NCBI GenBank assembly: GCA_002269645.1
Contig: NIVC01000905.1
Location: 124,001 to 188,000, forward strand
Reading direction: 5' to 3'
DNA: 64,000 nucleotides
Origin: Macrostomum lignano
Taxonomy: Eukaryota
The notes beneath the pieces were generated by a model, which saw nothing but the letters and a program-made list of their open reading frames with translations, was not told where the DNA came from and searched no databases. Within the stretch, counting starts at the first letter, position 1, and the number at the start of each line of letters is the position of its first letter. A program made the position numbers and the translations under genes. Of the stretch, positions 38,054 through 51,181 are shown piece by piece.

Positions 38054-41000
38054 CCGTGCGTTATCTGTCTCTGCTGGCGTCAACAACTTCGGGTTGCTCT
38101 GGCACTGATGTGTACAGCGGGTGCAAGGCCATGCTATCTAAGACCAAGATCTTGGCTGACTGAAGTTTGATAGCTTGTGGTGTGTCGGAGTGGCCAAGGG
38201 ATCCCGTATGAGCGGCCACATTCACCTGCAAAAAGTACACCTTACCCTAGGGAGACTCAAGCAAATGAGACAGACTCCCACCAGCCTACGGGCAAAGCTT
38301 TAAGAGCACTCAGGGACTGAGAGAACTCTTTTGTCTGGGGAGCTGGAATCACTGGACTTTCCTAAAAAATGATTTCCCCTGGAACTGCGGTGTTGTGCGA
38401 CAATCAAGATGACGCTAATGACTACGTTTCCTGGCCTATATTAAGTATTCGTATTTTTACTTGCGCATAGTATATTAATGGCAATGTATTAGTTCCTTAC
38501 ATTGATTGAATTTCAGTTTCACTTTTACGTCTCCTGAAATGATGATCCGAATACCTTGATTTGACACGGCAGGCAGGTGCATGAGGTCACTCGGCGCTGG
38601 CGTAGATCCAGGTAGTTCAGGCTGATGCCTGAATGATGATGTAGCTGATGTAAACGACCGTTGATGCTCTGGGCTTTGATATCTTGGTTGAAGTTTGGGT
38701 GGCCTAGCGTTCGAGGGACGTCACCTGCCTATAGCCACCACTAAAATGGGGTGGATCGGAGAATCCACAGCTTAGGAGAAAATCAAAATCGGGAGGTCAC
38801 ATGACTGGAAGAAAAACTATAGCCTTGCGGGAATGGGGGAGTTTTTTATTGATTGGGTACGTTCCGCTTGGATGGTTTCGAAGCGGAAGGTTCGAAGGTT
38901 CATGTTGGGTGAGAAAGGATAGGAGCGTAGGGAATGAGTCTTCCAATGAGCCGTTGGGAGTAGGGACCTATAGATATCTACGATTGGGATCGAGCATGCA
39001 TGGGTGAAAATGTACACAAAGGGAGATCGATATTATCATCAGAATTTTTGCAGGGCCGGACAGCTGTAACATTATTTATTGAAGCAGCTACTTAGCTCGT
39101 ACATGTAAGATGGCGTGAGTGATGAAGTAAGGACTTAAAGGGCAAATTATAATTTACGCAGCTTGCAGCCTTGACGCGCATTTTCTGGCTCTAATTGTGT
39201 TAAAAGAATGCTGATACATTTCCTCACAGTTTTTTATGTTGTCCAGATTAATTTTCTCGTTCACAAATTTTCGCAAACTATATGAAAATCCTGCAAACTC
39301 GCGGTACATGCGGGATCAGAGGGCTGCTTCCCTAGATGCGATGTCTTCTCGCTGTAAGAGGTGTCCATCAGGGCCGACCCGGGTTTTCATTGTGAGGACC
39401 TGGGCGCTTGTTGGACCCTCTGGTACACATCGGCGGACCAACGAGGCCGTAGAGGTGTTGGAGCGCTGAATGGACTGGCTACTACGGGTCGACGTCCGGC
39501 GATCGCAGCCACCTTTGCCGGGAGAAGGAAGAGTTTCAGTGTAGCCCACGTCGTGCTCTGCGTGCCGGATGACATCGAGGCTGGAAGTTTCTGCCGAGGA
39601 GCTGACGGGCAGGTGACGAAGCTGCAGCACTGTCAGCAGTTCTGGTGCCTGACGACGTCTCCGTGCAGAGGCCATGTAACCGCCAAAGGGGGAGGCCTCG
39701 CTGTTTCAGCGGATGCGGCTAAGCAAAATTTGGCTACGAGCGAGTCACCAAATGCGGCACTCTATCGCCGCACCAGCCTGTCTGTCACAGCCAACTGTTG
39801 CGCCTTCGGAAACTCCAGCTGGCAAGCCATCATCCAAATGAGTCGTAGTAACTGCCCGCAATCGGTGCATGAGGTGCGCTGCTGCTGACGCTGCAGGCAC
39901 CACCCTACCGGCGGGAACAGACGCACACTCGGCGTTTCGTCGACTGCCTGCTGGCTGATGCCGGCGCCCTAGCTGAACACTGCCGGAGGTGCGGCTTAGT
40001 TTGCGCCCAGGCCCCGAAAAGCGCCCTGTGAAGTTGGTGATCACGCTTTGACTGGCTCTTACAGCGTATGCGTGTATAGTTTGTTTGTTTGTATTTTTTC
40101 ATCGTTATTTTTTTCAACAAAACTGAAGCAAAAAAATCAAGCACAGTGACGTTCTTAGTTGCAGGTTCCCAAAAGGATGATGAACTCAACAATGGCGGAG
40201 TAGATTTTTAGCGTTAGCACTTGGCAATTCAGCGGCAAGATAAATATTAATAAGGGCCGCAACTTTGGGCACTATACTTACAGTAAACGTGAGAATACGG
40301 AACTGGTAATGTTTTAAAGTTGGTACCGTATGTCAAAACGGCCCTTGGCGGGGCTACTGAAGTTGGCAACGTCACACACACCGAATATCCCAAATTTTCG
40401 GCAGTCAAATTTCATCGGCAACTACATGCCATAAGATCCAAACAGGCTTAACAAGGAAATTAAGGGTGCATTGTCTTACATAGCACTGTAACTTTTTATT
40501 GGCCGTGATTGTAAACACAAACACAAAAAAACAGTTGAGGCAACATGTACTTGGACTAAGGAGATACCCAGAACTCTTTGAGACGCAACCTGTCCTTGAC
40601 AAGTACATGTACTGACATGTTTGCCTGAATTATTGTATGGCACATAAATTGTATGGCACATATCACACATGTACAATCGGGCCACACAATTAGGCTTAGT
40701 TGTCTACTGTGAGTAGGTTGTTTATGCGCTAGTAATTAAAAAGTGTTTTGCGACAAATTTAGTTTTAGATTGACTAATTCTTACAATTTTTTTAATGTTT
40801 TAAGAATATTATTATGCTGAAGTCCGCGGAAATTAACGAGCGTAGATGCTTTCTTAGAAACTTTCCGCGCTAGCTTAACAGTGATAGGTGCTTGCAGTTA
40901 ATCTTTAATCCATTGGCATTAAAGTATATAAAAGTGGGTATGCCTACATTTATTTAACTACTTTATTTTCAACTATTATCTTTTTTTTCAGCTACACCTA

Positions 41001-41955
41001 CCTATTGTCATAACCTAAGTTTAGGATATTGTTGGTGGTTGTTCCTTTATGCAAAAAATAAACGTGTTGAATCTCAATCTCAATAAAAATGACTAGGCCT
41101 AAGGCCTTAGGCCTATAGATATTGTAGCTCATAAATGTCATAGTCCAGATCATGCTAGCTGCATGCCTGAACAAAAATCTAATAATTACAAATGCACAGT
41201 GCACACAAAAAAATTGAGTGCATACCCATGATACCTATGGCTATTCTCCAAACTATGTTGCTGTTGCAACAATAAATGACCTTTTTTAAATTGTGTAATA
41301 AACCCTTTTTGGCAAATAATTTAAATTTAGTTAATTTTTCTGCTTTTTTGGTGATACCATTTATAGGCCTAGTACAAAATTGATATATGTAAAGATTTGT
41401 TCAAATGCTTTATTATAAGCTTAAAAAAACTAACAAAAGCTTGAAATAAATGCTTTAAAATGATTTTTTAAATCTTTTTTTAATGACTATGCCATTCTGT
41501 GTGATTTTATAAAGTGCATGCTAAGTGTGTATGTGTATGTACACTATTTTCTTAAGAGTGATACATGCCAACTATGTATGTCTACTTTTGGTTTGGCATG
41601 TAAGGTCAATGAATGCCTGAATTTTTGAGCATATATTGTATGATCTGGAGTATGGCATAAATGAAAGGAAGGAATGAAAGGAGGGAATCATGGACTAAAA
41701 AGTTTGCATTTGAACAGTTAAGAGTTTTAGGAGTTGTAGGTAGGCCTAGAGATGCTAATACCAGGATCCCAGTATTAAAAAATATCAGTTTTGGGCCATT
41801 TTTTGTATTACCAATACTGGTATTAGGGTCCAGAATTAGTCTAAAATTATGTCTATATTTTTACAAATTTGCAATTTTTTGTTTAAATTGCATTTTTCTA
41901 AAAATTAAAAAATGGCAAATGATTTAGCTTCAGCTTTTTAGCTTTTTGGGTTGTC

Positions 41956-42264
41956 TATACATGGGCAACCTCCAAAATTGGGTTGGCCATGTGACTTAGG
42001 CCCTAGTTTTAACGAAAAATGCGACATAGTTTTTGGCCAAAAATGCAACTTAACATGTAAAAAAAACCTAACTAATGCAAAATTAATGCAGCTTTCGGTA
42101 AACGGTAGGAGTAACTATGACTGTCTTATTAAGCCAAAATGCCTCATCAGCTACTTAGTACTACTACTTAGGTGTTTTTTTGGGTGCATTTTTGCGATTT
42201 CCTTGGTTGCCTGCCAAATTGGTTGGCCAGATTGGCTGACTCGGCCAACTGTTGCGCATGTATG
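41956..42264 (+). mobile_element. hAT-like MITE, copy 1, containing a 28S rRNA-derived segment
   Basis: Termini (C/T)ATACATGGGCAAC ... GTTGCGCATGTATG. Similar along its length to copies 2 and 3. TSD degenerate. Confidence 0.7.
42097..42159 (+). other. About 63-bp decayed fragment of 28S rRNA (R2 / I-PpoI target region) inside a MITE; not an rRNA gene
   Basis: GGTAAACGGTAGGAGTAACTATGACTGTCTTATTAAGCCAAAATGCCTCATCAGCTACTTAGT versus the conserved 28S GGTAAACGGCGGGAGTAACTATGACTCTCTTAAGGTAGCCAAATGCCTCGTCATCTAATTAGT (recalled). Counterparts at about 46110-46175 (-) and 46727-46790 (+). Confidence 0.8.
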
Positions 42265-43917
42265 TTTGGGTCTAGGGATAGGAGAAGGCAGCACACTTGT
42301 TTTGCTAGGGGAAAAGGATGAGCAGTTTGCCTAGGGAGAGGGAAGAGTTACACACTCTTTGTAGAGGAAAAAGGAAAAGAAAGAAAAGACTGTATGTCTC
42401 TAAATGAACAAGGCTGACTCAGTTGCTATTTTTAGACTATGATTAGTGCTAGGGCCTAATAGCAATTGCCAGAATAGGGCAGTCAAGCATAAGTTGTTCT
42501 TTCTCACAGTATATTTGCTTATATTTATAGTAATTTTAATAAATATGGCAGACAATTATTAATAAAATTTAAGCAATAGTACATATATAGTAAGCATAAT
42601 AAAGCAAGGCAACATATTTAACCACTTAAAAAGGAAAAATAGAATTAAAACTATGAGTAAAAGATACATGATTTTTTATGATCTATTTATTAAACAATAT
42701 AACTATAAAAAGGCAAATATGATAAGGCAATCAATAAGGTAAGGCTAGTAAAAATGCTACTAAACTGATAACTACTATACAAACAATTACTATTATTCCA
42801 CAAATTGATTAGATTTAAAAGTCATGACAATTCAGTAAATGATTTGCAATGCATTCAAAAGATAGGCAATAAGAAAATAATAGAAAAAATGCAATAAAAT
42901 TTGACTTTTTGAAATTTGAAAGCCAAAATATGAAAAAAGCTATTAAATACTGGTATTCAAAACCAATATTGGCAAAATTCTGGTATTGAATAGCGGGATC
43001 CTGGTTTTGGGCAAGTCTGGTATTTTAGCATCCATAGTTATGGGATTATAGGATTGTGGCTCATAAATGAAAAAGGCAATTTAGGATAGGATAACATATG
43101 GCACATCTTGAAGAAAAGCAGGGGTGCTTGAGCAGTTGCAAGCACATGGCACTTAAATAAGTTAGATTGAGGCTTTAGGAGGCTTTGAGGCTTTAGGAGA
43201 AGTGGAGCATTAAGAATTGAGTTTATAGAACATGGGTTTGGGGGCACTAATTCCTATAAACTCAGAAGGGTAGGGTTGACATTTGGTCTTGGTTGCATTT
43301 GATTGGACAAGAAATAAAGATGCAGGCCTATTAGCCAAAGGCTACTAGCTGATTGACAAGCAGTAAGATAGGCATAATGTTTCTAAAATATTTATACTTG
43401 GTATTTGAATCAGTTTTGTCAGATATTTGAATTGAATTAAATCAATTAAAAAATCTCATTTCATCCCATTTCTAGACCTACTGTTAACTTTTATAGGGCC
43501 TATTGTATAATTTATATCTAGCAAAGTTTGTGTCTAGACATTTGGAGAAATATTGCCTAATAGAACTTTCTATTATAGGACTTGAGGTAGGGTGCATAGT
43601 AATTACTCGTTTCTGTCTATTTCTTAGAAGAGCCGATTTCAAATTCGCGCTAAAACTTTGTTTTAATTTGGTGAGTTGCAAAAATATTTTCGCGATTAAT
43701 ATTTGTTATAAACTGTAATGATTTCTACTATAAATAGAAGCACTGAGTGGGCCAGGAGGACTAACTCGGACAACTCGCCCAGCTCATTCAACTTGTTCGT
43801 TTGTGTACTTTAACAAAAAGCTAAAACTGACTAGAAGAATTGAAAATTGACTTGTTCATTTCTTAGAGAATAAGAACCCCAATTGGGAGAGTCAGAAATC
43901 CGCTAAAAAGCGAGAAT

Positions 43918-44240
43918 CGCCTCAGGGCAGAAGAATCGCTTCAGAGCAGGAATATTCGCCTCAGGGCAGAAGAATCGCTTCAGAGCAGGAATAAACGCCT
44001 CAGGGCAGGGATTTTGCTTTAGAGCTGTGACCCTCTGATCCCGGGAATGCCAGGACTGAGAGAATAATACTGTAGGGGAAGTATAGGAATAGAATAAACA
44101 GTGCCAATAGACCGCTCAGGCCAGAAAGTACAAATAGAAGTACAGACGCTACCAATAGAAGTACAGACGCTACCAGTAAAAGTACATACGCTATCAATAG
44201 AAGTACAGACGCTACCAATAGAAGTACATGCGCTACAAGT
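43918..44240. repeat. Short tandem repeats (39-bp x about 2.5; 21-bp agaagtacagacgctaccaat x about 5) in a CpG-retaining segment
   Basis: 39-bp period at 43918/43957/43996; 21-bp repeats at 44125-44240. Confidence 0.8.
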
Positions 44241-46009
44241 AAAAAGCAAGTAATACCCAGCAATATTGACAAGAAGGAACACCCCTACAACAACTTTGGT
44301 GGCAATAGTGGGATATTATTAATAGAGGCAGAAGTAAGCCCTACGTCAGACTAAAAAACAATATCGCCTATTGGATATAAATTGAATCCAATAGCTAGGC
44401 CTACCATAGTCAGGAAGGTACATATTGTGTACCAAAATCAATTTTCCCTATTTAGGCAAACAGTTTTGGTAAAAGGTTTGGCAATAATATTATCTATTAT
44501 ATAATCAATTCTATAAGTAAAGATTATATATATATTCACATTGTTTAAGATAGTCATTAGTTATATATAGTCTAAAGGCTATAGTTTGGAATGACATATA
44601 TACTAGAATTTCCTAGTGTACAACAAGAGTACTTGCCATTTTTTAGCATAAATCAATATATATCTTAGCATATATGACATGTACATATATACATGATACC
44701 CCTTTAAATATATTTAACCTTGACCTAATATAATAAAAACATTTTTTAGTCCCAGGCATACAAACAAAGCCCCATACTTTTTTCCTAATATACAATAATA
44801 CACAATCTAAACTATGGTCTAAGGGTTGTAAATGTCAGTTAGGGTCCTACATATCAAGTTCAAATTTTGTTTTAATTTTTTTAAATGTCATCTTTATTAT
44901 TAAATACTATCATTATGCAAAATGGTGCTAACATGTTTGTAAATTGCATAGATATTAAGGGGTATTCAAATAGTCTTAAGACTTTTTCACATTACTCTTT
45001 AATAGTCAGCAAGAGTAACAGCAACTGGTTTATTTCATAGCAGCTTTATTTACTAATAAACTCAGTGAAAACATTTCAAAAATATCATAAACGTTTTAAA
45101 AGTTATGCTTCCTTAACTGCAGTGGGCTACTGCATTTCAATATATGAATAAGAACTGAAATTGAACTACAATTTTGAAATCTCAGACATTAAGCAAATTT
45201 AAACTTGTGTGAAAAATCTCTAGCATATGCCATATCATCACTCTCTATATCTATGGTACAAGTTTCATATGCTTACTGCTAGTGTGGCAATTTGAAAATG
45301 AAAGGCAGTTTTCATGCCAACTATGATTGCATTGAGCAGGAAGTGCAATGGGTTCTTGTCCACAAAATGCCAAGACAAGCATATGCAGATGCCAATGATG
45401 ACATGCTTACCCTATGGAAGAAATGCATCCAACTGAGAGTGACAAATTGAAAAGTTTTTTGAAGGACAACTGACTTACTGTTTCATGGTGCTCCATATGC
45501 AGCATCCAAGTTGCTGTTCATATATTAAGATGAAATATCCCACTGCAGTTAAAGAGGCATAAATTTTGAAAAGTTTGTATATTTTCAAAATTCTTTCATT
45601 GTGTCATTAGTAAATAAAGCCACTATGAAATAAACCAGTTGCTGTTACTCTTGCTGACTATTAAAAAGAGTAATGTGAAAAAAAAGTATTTTTGGACTTT
45701 TTGACTTTTTGGATGCCCCTCATGCAGTCTAAACATGCAGTTGAAAGAGTCATGCAACATGTAGTCAAGCATCATCCTGTCAGGCTCTAGCTTTGACTGC
45801 AATTTTCCTGGGCTTGTTGCATACCCTACAGACATTCAATGTTTTAAGTCTGACTTTTAAGTGAGTTTTTCTTGTAGCCAGTTTTTAGTAGCTATTTTGT
45901 TAATGGCCATTTTTGATTTAATTGTAAAATTATAGAATAATAGCTATTTAAGCAGAGTTATAGCTTAAACAATAATACTTTTGTTCCATTCAAAGTATAT
46001 ATAGACCAA

Positions 46010-46291
46010 CATACATGCTCAACAGTCAGCCGACCAATTTGGCGGCCACCAAGGAAGTTGCAAAAATGCCCACCCAAAAAACACCCATGTAGTAGTAGTA
46101 CTAAATAGCTGACAAGGTATTTTAGCTTAATAAGACAGTCATAGTTATTTCTGCCATTTACCCAAAGTTGTGTTGATTTCGCTTTAGGGTTTTTTTTACA
46201 TATAAGTGACATTTTTGGCCAAAAACTATGTCGTATTTTTGTTAAAACTAAGTTGCATGGCCAACCAAATTTTGGAGATTGGGCATGTATG
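46010..46291 (-). mobile_element. hAT-like MITE, copy 2
   Basis: CATACATG...CATGTATG termini with a perfect 8-bp TSD TAGACCAA (46002-46009 and 46292-46299). Confidence 0.8.
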
Positions 46292-46599
46292 TAGACCAAT
46301 TTTTTTAGAGCTATATAGAGTTAAGGGTATATAGTTATTATACCCCCTAGGTCAACAATGAATAAATAAGTATTCTATTGGGTTAAAAATATTTGTATAT
46401 CCTAGCTTGTAAGGGGAATGGTTTTGTGGAGCCACAGTGTAGAATGTTGCTAATGCAAAGTAAATATAAAAAAATTAAAGAGTTAGTTAAAATGGAGAAA
46501 AGAAGAAGAAGAAAAAGCCCATTTATTGTAGGGTTTTTCTAGATAATAGGGGGGCTCTTCATAATAGACAAGGTATTTTGGTATCTGGAATAAGCTAAA

Positions 46600-46894
46600 C
46601 ATACATGTGCCACCTCCAAGATTTGGTTGGCCATGCAACTTAGTTTTAACAAAAAATGTGACAGTTTTTGGCCAAAAATATGGCTTACATGTAAAAAAAC
46701 CCTAATGCAGAATTAATGCAACTTTAGGTGAACAGCAGGAGTAACTATGACTAACCAATTAAGGTAAAATGCCTCATTATCTACTTAGTACTACTTGGGT
46801 ATTTATTTGGGTGGGCATTTTTGTGACTTACCTTGGTTGGCCACCAAATCGGTCAGCCAGATCGGCTGACTCGGCCGACTGTTGCGCATGTATG
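46600..46894 (+). mobile_element. hAT-like MITE, copy 3
   Basis: CATACATG...CATGTATG termini with a perfect 8-bp TSD AAGCTAAA (46592-46599 and 46895-46902). Confidence 0.8.
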
Positions 46895-49332
46895 AAGCTA
46901 AAGGTAATAGGCATTGGGGCAAGGAGGATTAGGTATAGTAAAAGGATCAGGGGTCTATTTGCTAGATGATCTAGGTCTAGGTATAGAATGATATGTTTAA
47001 TCAGTTTCATTAGTAGCCCAATTACTATATATATAGAGAGCCCTAACAAAAAGTTAAAACAGTCTATTGATTTCAATTGTGCATTCCTTTGCATCAGGTG
47101 TCAATGGCAGCTAGCAGCTTGGCCTCTATGTCTTGTAAGGCAAGCACCATATTGAGCTCTAGCTGTGGCATCTTGGGCTAGTATCATTGTTTGGCTAGCT
47201 TTAGCCTTGGTATTATGGTAGGGCAGCTCCTGGGCTAGGGACAACCTCTAGTTATGGGTGGCCATTAGCATATAGAATAGCTCTAGTTGCAGGCTGGCCA
47301 ATGGCCTTCTGGCATAGAAAAATGGCATAGAGGTGATCTTTGACTATTGAAATTTCTATAGTATAAGCAGCAGTCAAAGCTTTATATTATCTAGTAAGCT
47401 AGGTCTTACTATAAACAGTCACTTGGTATTTTGTTGGTCTTCTAACTGGCCTCTAGCTCCTATAGCAGTAGTTAGACTAGCTGTTAGGCAGGAATAGATG
47501 TAGGCAATTGAAGCACCCAGACTGGGTCTTATCTGTGAGAGCCCCCCCCCCCCTGTTGTACTAGAGTTAGCAATTAGTGGCATGCAATATAGCATTACAG
47601 GTATACTATGCTTGGCTCAGAGTCTATAGGGGTCTATTAAGTCAGGCTAGACTATGGTTGGCTAATCTATAGTAGTCTACCTACTGGGTCTAGTCGAGGT
47701 AGTTGAAAAATAAGTTCTTATAGGTCTAGGTGATGAAATGGTGGTTTTTTTGGTTGGACCCTCTAATAAAATAATTTGACCATTGATAGATCTCTCTGAT
47801 TGAATCAAAGTCCAATGAAAAGAATATTACATAGGGCATAATTCACATATGAATAAATGTAAATTGAAATAAATAATAAAATACAATACAAAGTAGTAGC
47901 TCTACTATGATATAACAATATATTGGCTTCTTAGCTTTTTCTTAGAATAGAATCCTATATACTAAAAATGAGTTGTAATTTCACTAAAAGGCTATCAAAA
48001 GTTGTCCTAGGGTTTGGTTTTATCTAGTGTACACTTATATTTTATTGTTGCCATCATGCTAGAGGTTATTTTTTCTAGCTCTGAAATACTCATCACTGTT
48101 GACACTAAATATTGTTGACACCAATATAATTCAATTTTCACAAGCTGATGCTAGACTGGCTGAGTGGCTTGACTATCAATAAGCCATCTAACTACCTAGT
48201 ATGTTTCACTAGACACCAGCTATTCAATCTGATATGGCAGCCTGACTATATCAATATATAAACTATATCAGTATCAAAAAAATATATAAAACTAGTTTTT
48301 TAAAACTTTCTTTTTTTGAGACATTTGTTGAGTAAGATAACATGTTTATAACCATGATTAAATTTTAAGGCTATACATTTTAACAGATTATATAACAGAT
48401 TAATGTGGCATTTTCAGATTTGTTCCTAGTATATCATATTTCTGATTTTAAAAGCAGATAATTTTGTCAAAAGATTCTAAAGTTAAAGGGCTAAATTCAA
48501 GATGCATGCAGTCCTAGTCAAAGCCAGTGAAGCCAGTTAAACATACCATTTCTAATACCCAGGGAATGAAAATCAGTTATTTGCGTAATTTGCTATAGAT
48601 ATTATTTACAATAGCCTGTTTTAAAACTATGTGACAATTTTTCAATAGAATTATTCACAAAAAATCTTTTCCTCTGGTGCTTTCAAAATATTATTGAAAT
48701 TGCATTAGATTTCTTTATACAGCAGCTTTATAAAGCTCCTTCAGTCAGAGTCAGAACAAGGGTCTTGCACCTCCCAGAAGCAGCTCCGAAGGGGTAGTGT
48801 GTCATTTGCCTTTGGCTTTGTCTCTGTGTGCCCTGCGATGTCAACAACAACAGGCGAGTCTCTTTGATGATACAGTGGAGTGCAAAGGGGTCCAGCATAC
48901 GTAGGTTCCAATTGTGCTAACAGCACTCTTATAAACAACTTCATGGCATATGACAAAAGGAAGATCCCATGATGCTACCTATTTCTATGTAGTCATAGCA
49001 CTTTGATGGGTAACTTGTCTAGGTTAGTGGCGTGACCACCAGGCTAGTGCAATGCAAGTGAACTGCACTATGTTTAGTTGCTGGGTCACTTGGCTTGTAC
49101 TTTTTGTGTACTTTTGTGTACTTTTAGCTTGAAAGTATCGGGTTAAAGTTAAATAATGATCAGGCCACAATGTATCTGAAAAAGATCTACAGATGTCTGT
49201 GAGTCTGTTGTCAAACATGTCTTTTTATTTTATGCAAAGTTAAGCAGAATTAGCCGCGGTTAGTACTATTTCTGTTAGTATAAATGTAATTAAACAACAT
49301 TCAATTCTATTAATCCCTAATCTCCTCAGCAA

Positions 49333-49593
49333 ATGTCGAGCATCAAAGGAGAAGCAACAGAAGACTATATTGGCAACAAAACTGATCGATGCCTGTCTGA
49401 CACGGCAATTAAAACTGTGTCAGGCCTTGGTATCGGCATCCTATGCTCTGTGCTGTTCCTTCGTCGCAGACCCTGGCCTGCGGTCCTTGGCACCGGAATT
49501 GGCCTAGGCATGGGCGTCGCTAATTGCGACAACGATTTCAAGACTCCGCATTCGCTGGTGTCGCAACAGATTCGAGTGGCGCAGCGTCAATGA
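49333..49593 (+). CDS. MICOS10: MICOS complex subunit Mic10 (MINOS1 family), single coding exon
   Basis: 86 aa: EDYIGNKTDRCLSDTAIK, SGLGIGILCSVLFL, RRR loop, WPAVLGTGIGLGMGVANC..DF. This matches the Mic10 pattern (D..G.KWDRCL.D, two Gly-rich TMs, basic loop, WP...G.G.G.GM...NC). A branch point and acceptor (ctaat..ctcctcag) lie 3 nt before the ATG. Confidence 0.9.
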   Translation: MSSIKGEATEDYIGNKTDRCLSDTAIKTVSGLGIGILCSVLFLRRRPWPAVLGTGIGLGMGVANCDNDFKTPHSLVSQQIRVAQRQ

Positions 49594-49829
49594 TCCACTG
49601 CTTGGTAGCAAGTAGATTTGACGCGTGCACAGTGTCTGAATATATATTACTGTTAGTAGCTTAGCTTAGTGTATGAAGTTAGAATTTAGCTTAACATTAT
49701 ATTATTTTCTACTTACATGTTAGGTAAATAGACTAATAATAAATCCCATTGTGATTAATTAATAGTGTTCAAATATTAATGGGTCGTCCTTAAATCATGG
49801 GTCATCAGGGTTGAAATCATTGTAAGTCT

Positions 49830-50240
49830 TCAGGGCTGTGTTGCTAGAATCTTCAGGGCTGGATTTATGGAATCTTCAGGGCTGGGTTGATGGAGTCTTC
49901 AGGGCTGGGTTGATGGAATCTTTAGGGCTGGGTTGATGAAATCTTCAGGGCTGGGTTGATGGAATCTTCAGGGCTGTGTTGATGGGATCTTCAGGACTGG
50001 GTTGATGGAATCTTCAGGACTGGGTTGATGGAATCTTCAGGGCTGGGTTGATGGAATCTTCAGGACTGGGTTGATGGAATCTTCAGGGCTGGGTTGATGG
50101 AATCTTCAGGGCTGTGTTGATGGAATCTTCAGGGCTGGGTTGTTGGAGTCTTCAGGGCTGGGTTGTTGGAGTCTTCAGTGCTGGGTTGTTGGAATCCTCA
50201 GGGACTTCAGGGCTAGGTTGATGAAATTTTCAGGACTGGT
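49830..50240. repeat. 23-bp minisatellite (ggaatcttcagggctgggttgat)
   Basis: Tandem repeats downstream of Mic10. Confidence 0.93.
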
Positions 50241-51181
50241 TTGATAGATATTAAATCTATTTCATTTTGAACTGAGTTTATATTTAACAAAAACTCAACT
50301 TATTATTAATAATCCTCTTTCGTAACTAAATTTCGAATGTGTCCACTAATAAGTGTGTCATTCAGCGTGAACATTTGGATATAAAACAAAATACACAGAT
50401 GATAAAAGTTGGTTAATAAAATTTCCAAACCAAAATTGTTTCAGTTTTTTTATTTACTTTAAACTTATTAAAGTTAATAGAAACAAGTTAGGCCTTTTCT
50501 ATTTTTTTAAGGGTCTCTTTTTTCAAGCTATGCAATATTATTTAGCTAGCTAGTTTATGCTACTAACCATTTAAGTTAGTATTTACTGTTAGCCAATACT
50601 GTTTATGATTCTGTAATCTGATTATAAAGTCACCTTTTTGTAATTTAAATGTACGCATTTACTTGGCATTAAAAGTTCGTGACAAAAACAAAAATTGATA
50701 TTTTAAGTTTAGTCTAGCGTTTTTGCTTGCTTACAAAAAATATTCAAGCTACAAGAGGCTCCGTGAGCTTCAGTGAACTTGCAAAAGCTTTTTCGAAGCT
50801 TCTTAGTCCGTAGGTTGGTTGTTGCTTGCTACCAAGAGATTTGCTAGAAGCGGACTTCTTTCGCCCCTAGCTACTCAAGATAAGCGGGAGAAACAGCGAG
50901 AGACCTAAAATTGCAGAAGGTCTTGCTTGTCTGTCTTATCTTCAGGTTGGCTAGGATTTCAAGACTTGGAGCGAAGAACTCTTACTGAAAACTAACTAAA
51001 CTGTACAAAATGGTCTCAGACCACTGATAGGGCACAATTGATAAGAGTGTCGATTTAAATGTGGGCATAAAACTATTGAAGTACTGGAGATAAATAGAAA
51101 CAAGAGTCTCAATTCTTGATTGTGTCATATAGGCAACAGGTCCAGTCGGTCGCTTTGAGCAGTGAGCATAGATGTTGAGAA

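Larger units (their letters stand above)
41747..43036. mobile_element. Possible older non-autonomous TIR element hosting MITE copy 1
   Basis: TAGAGATGCTAATACCAG at the left and CTGGTATTTTAGCATCCATA at the right form imperfect TIRs, with subterminal GGATCC/AATACC motifs. No clean TSD. Confidence 0.4.

Noticed and set aside
38100-40200. GC-rich ORFs (39316-39675, 39361-39888, 39745-40044)
   Set aside because: No recognisable domain or consistent exon structure.
42097-42159. Functional rRNA gene
   Set aside because: Only about 63 bp, mutated and embedded in a MITE.
48741-48956. Possible exon on the minus strand upstream of Mic10
   Set aside because: Short, no recognisable homology, no supporting splice partners.
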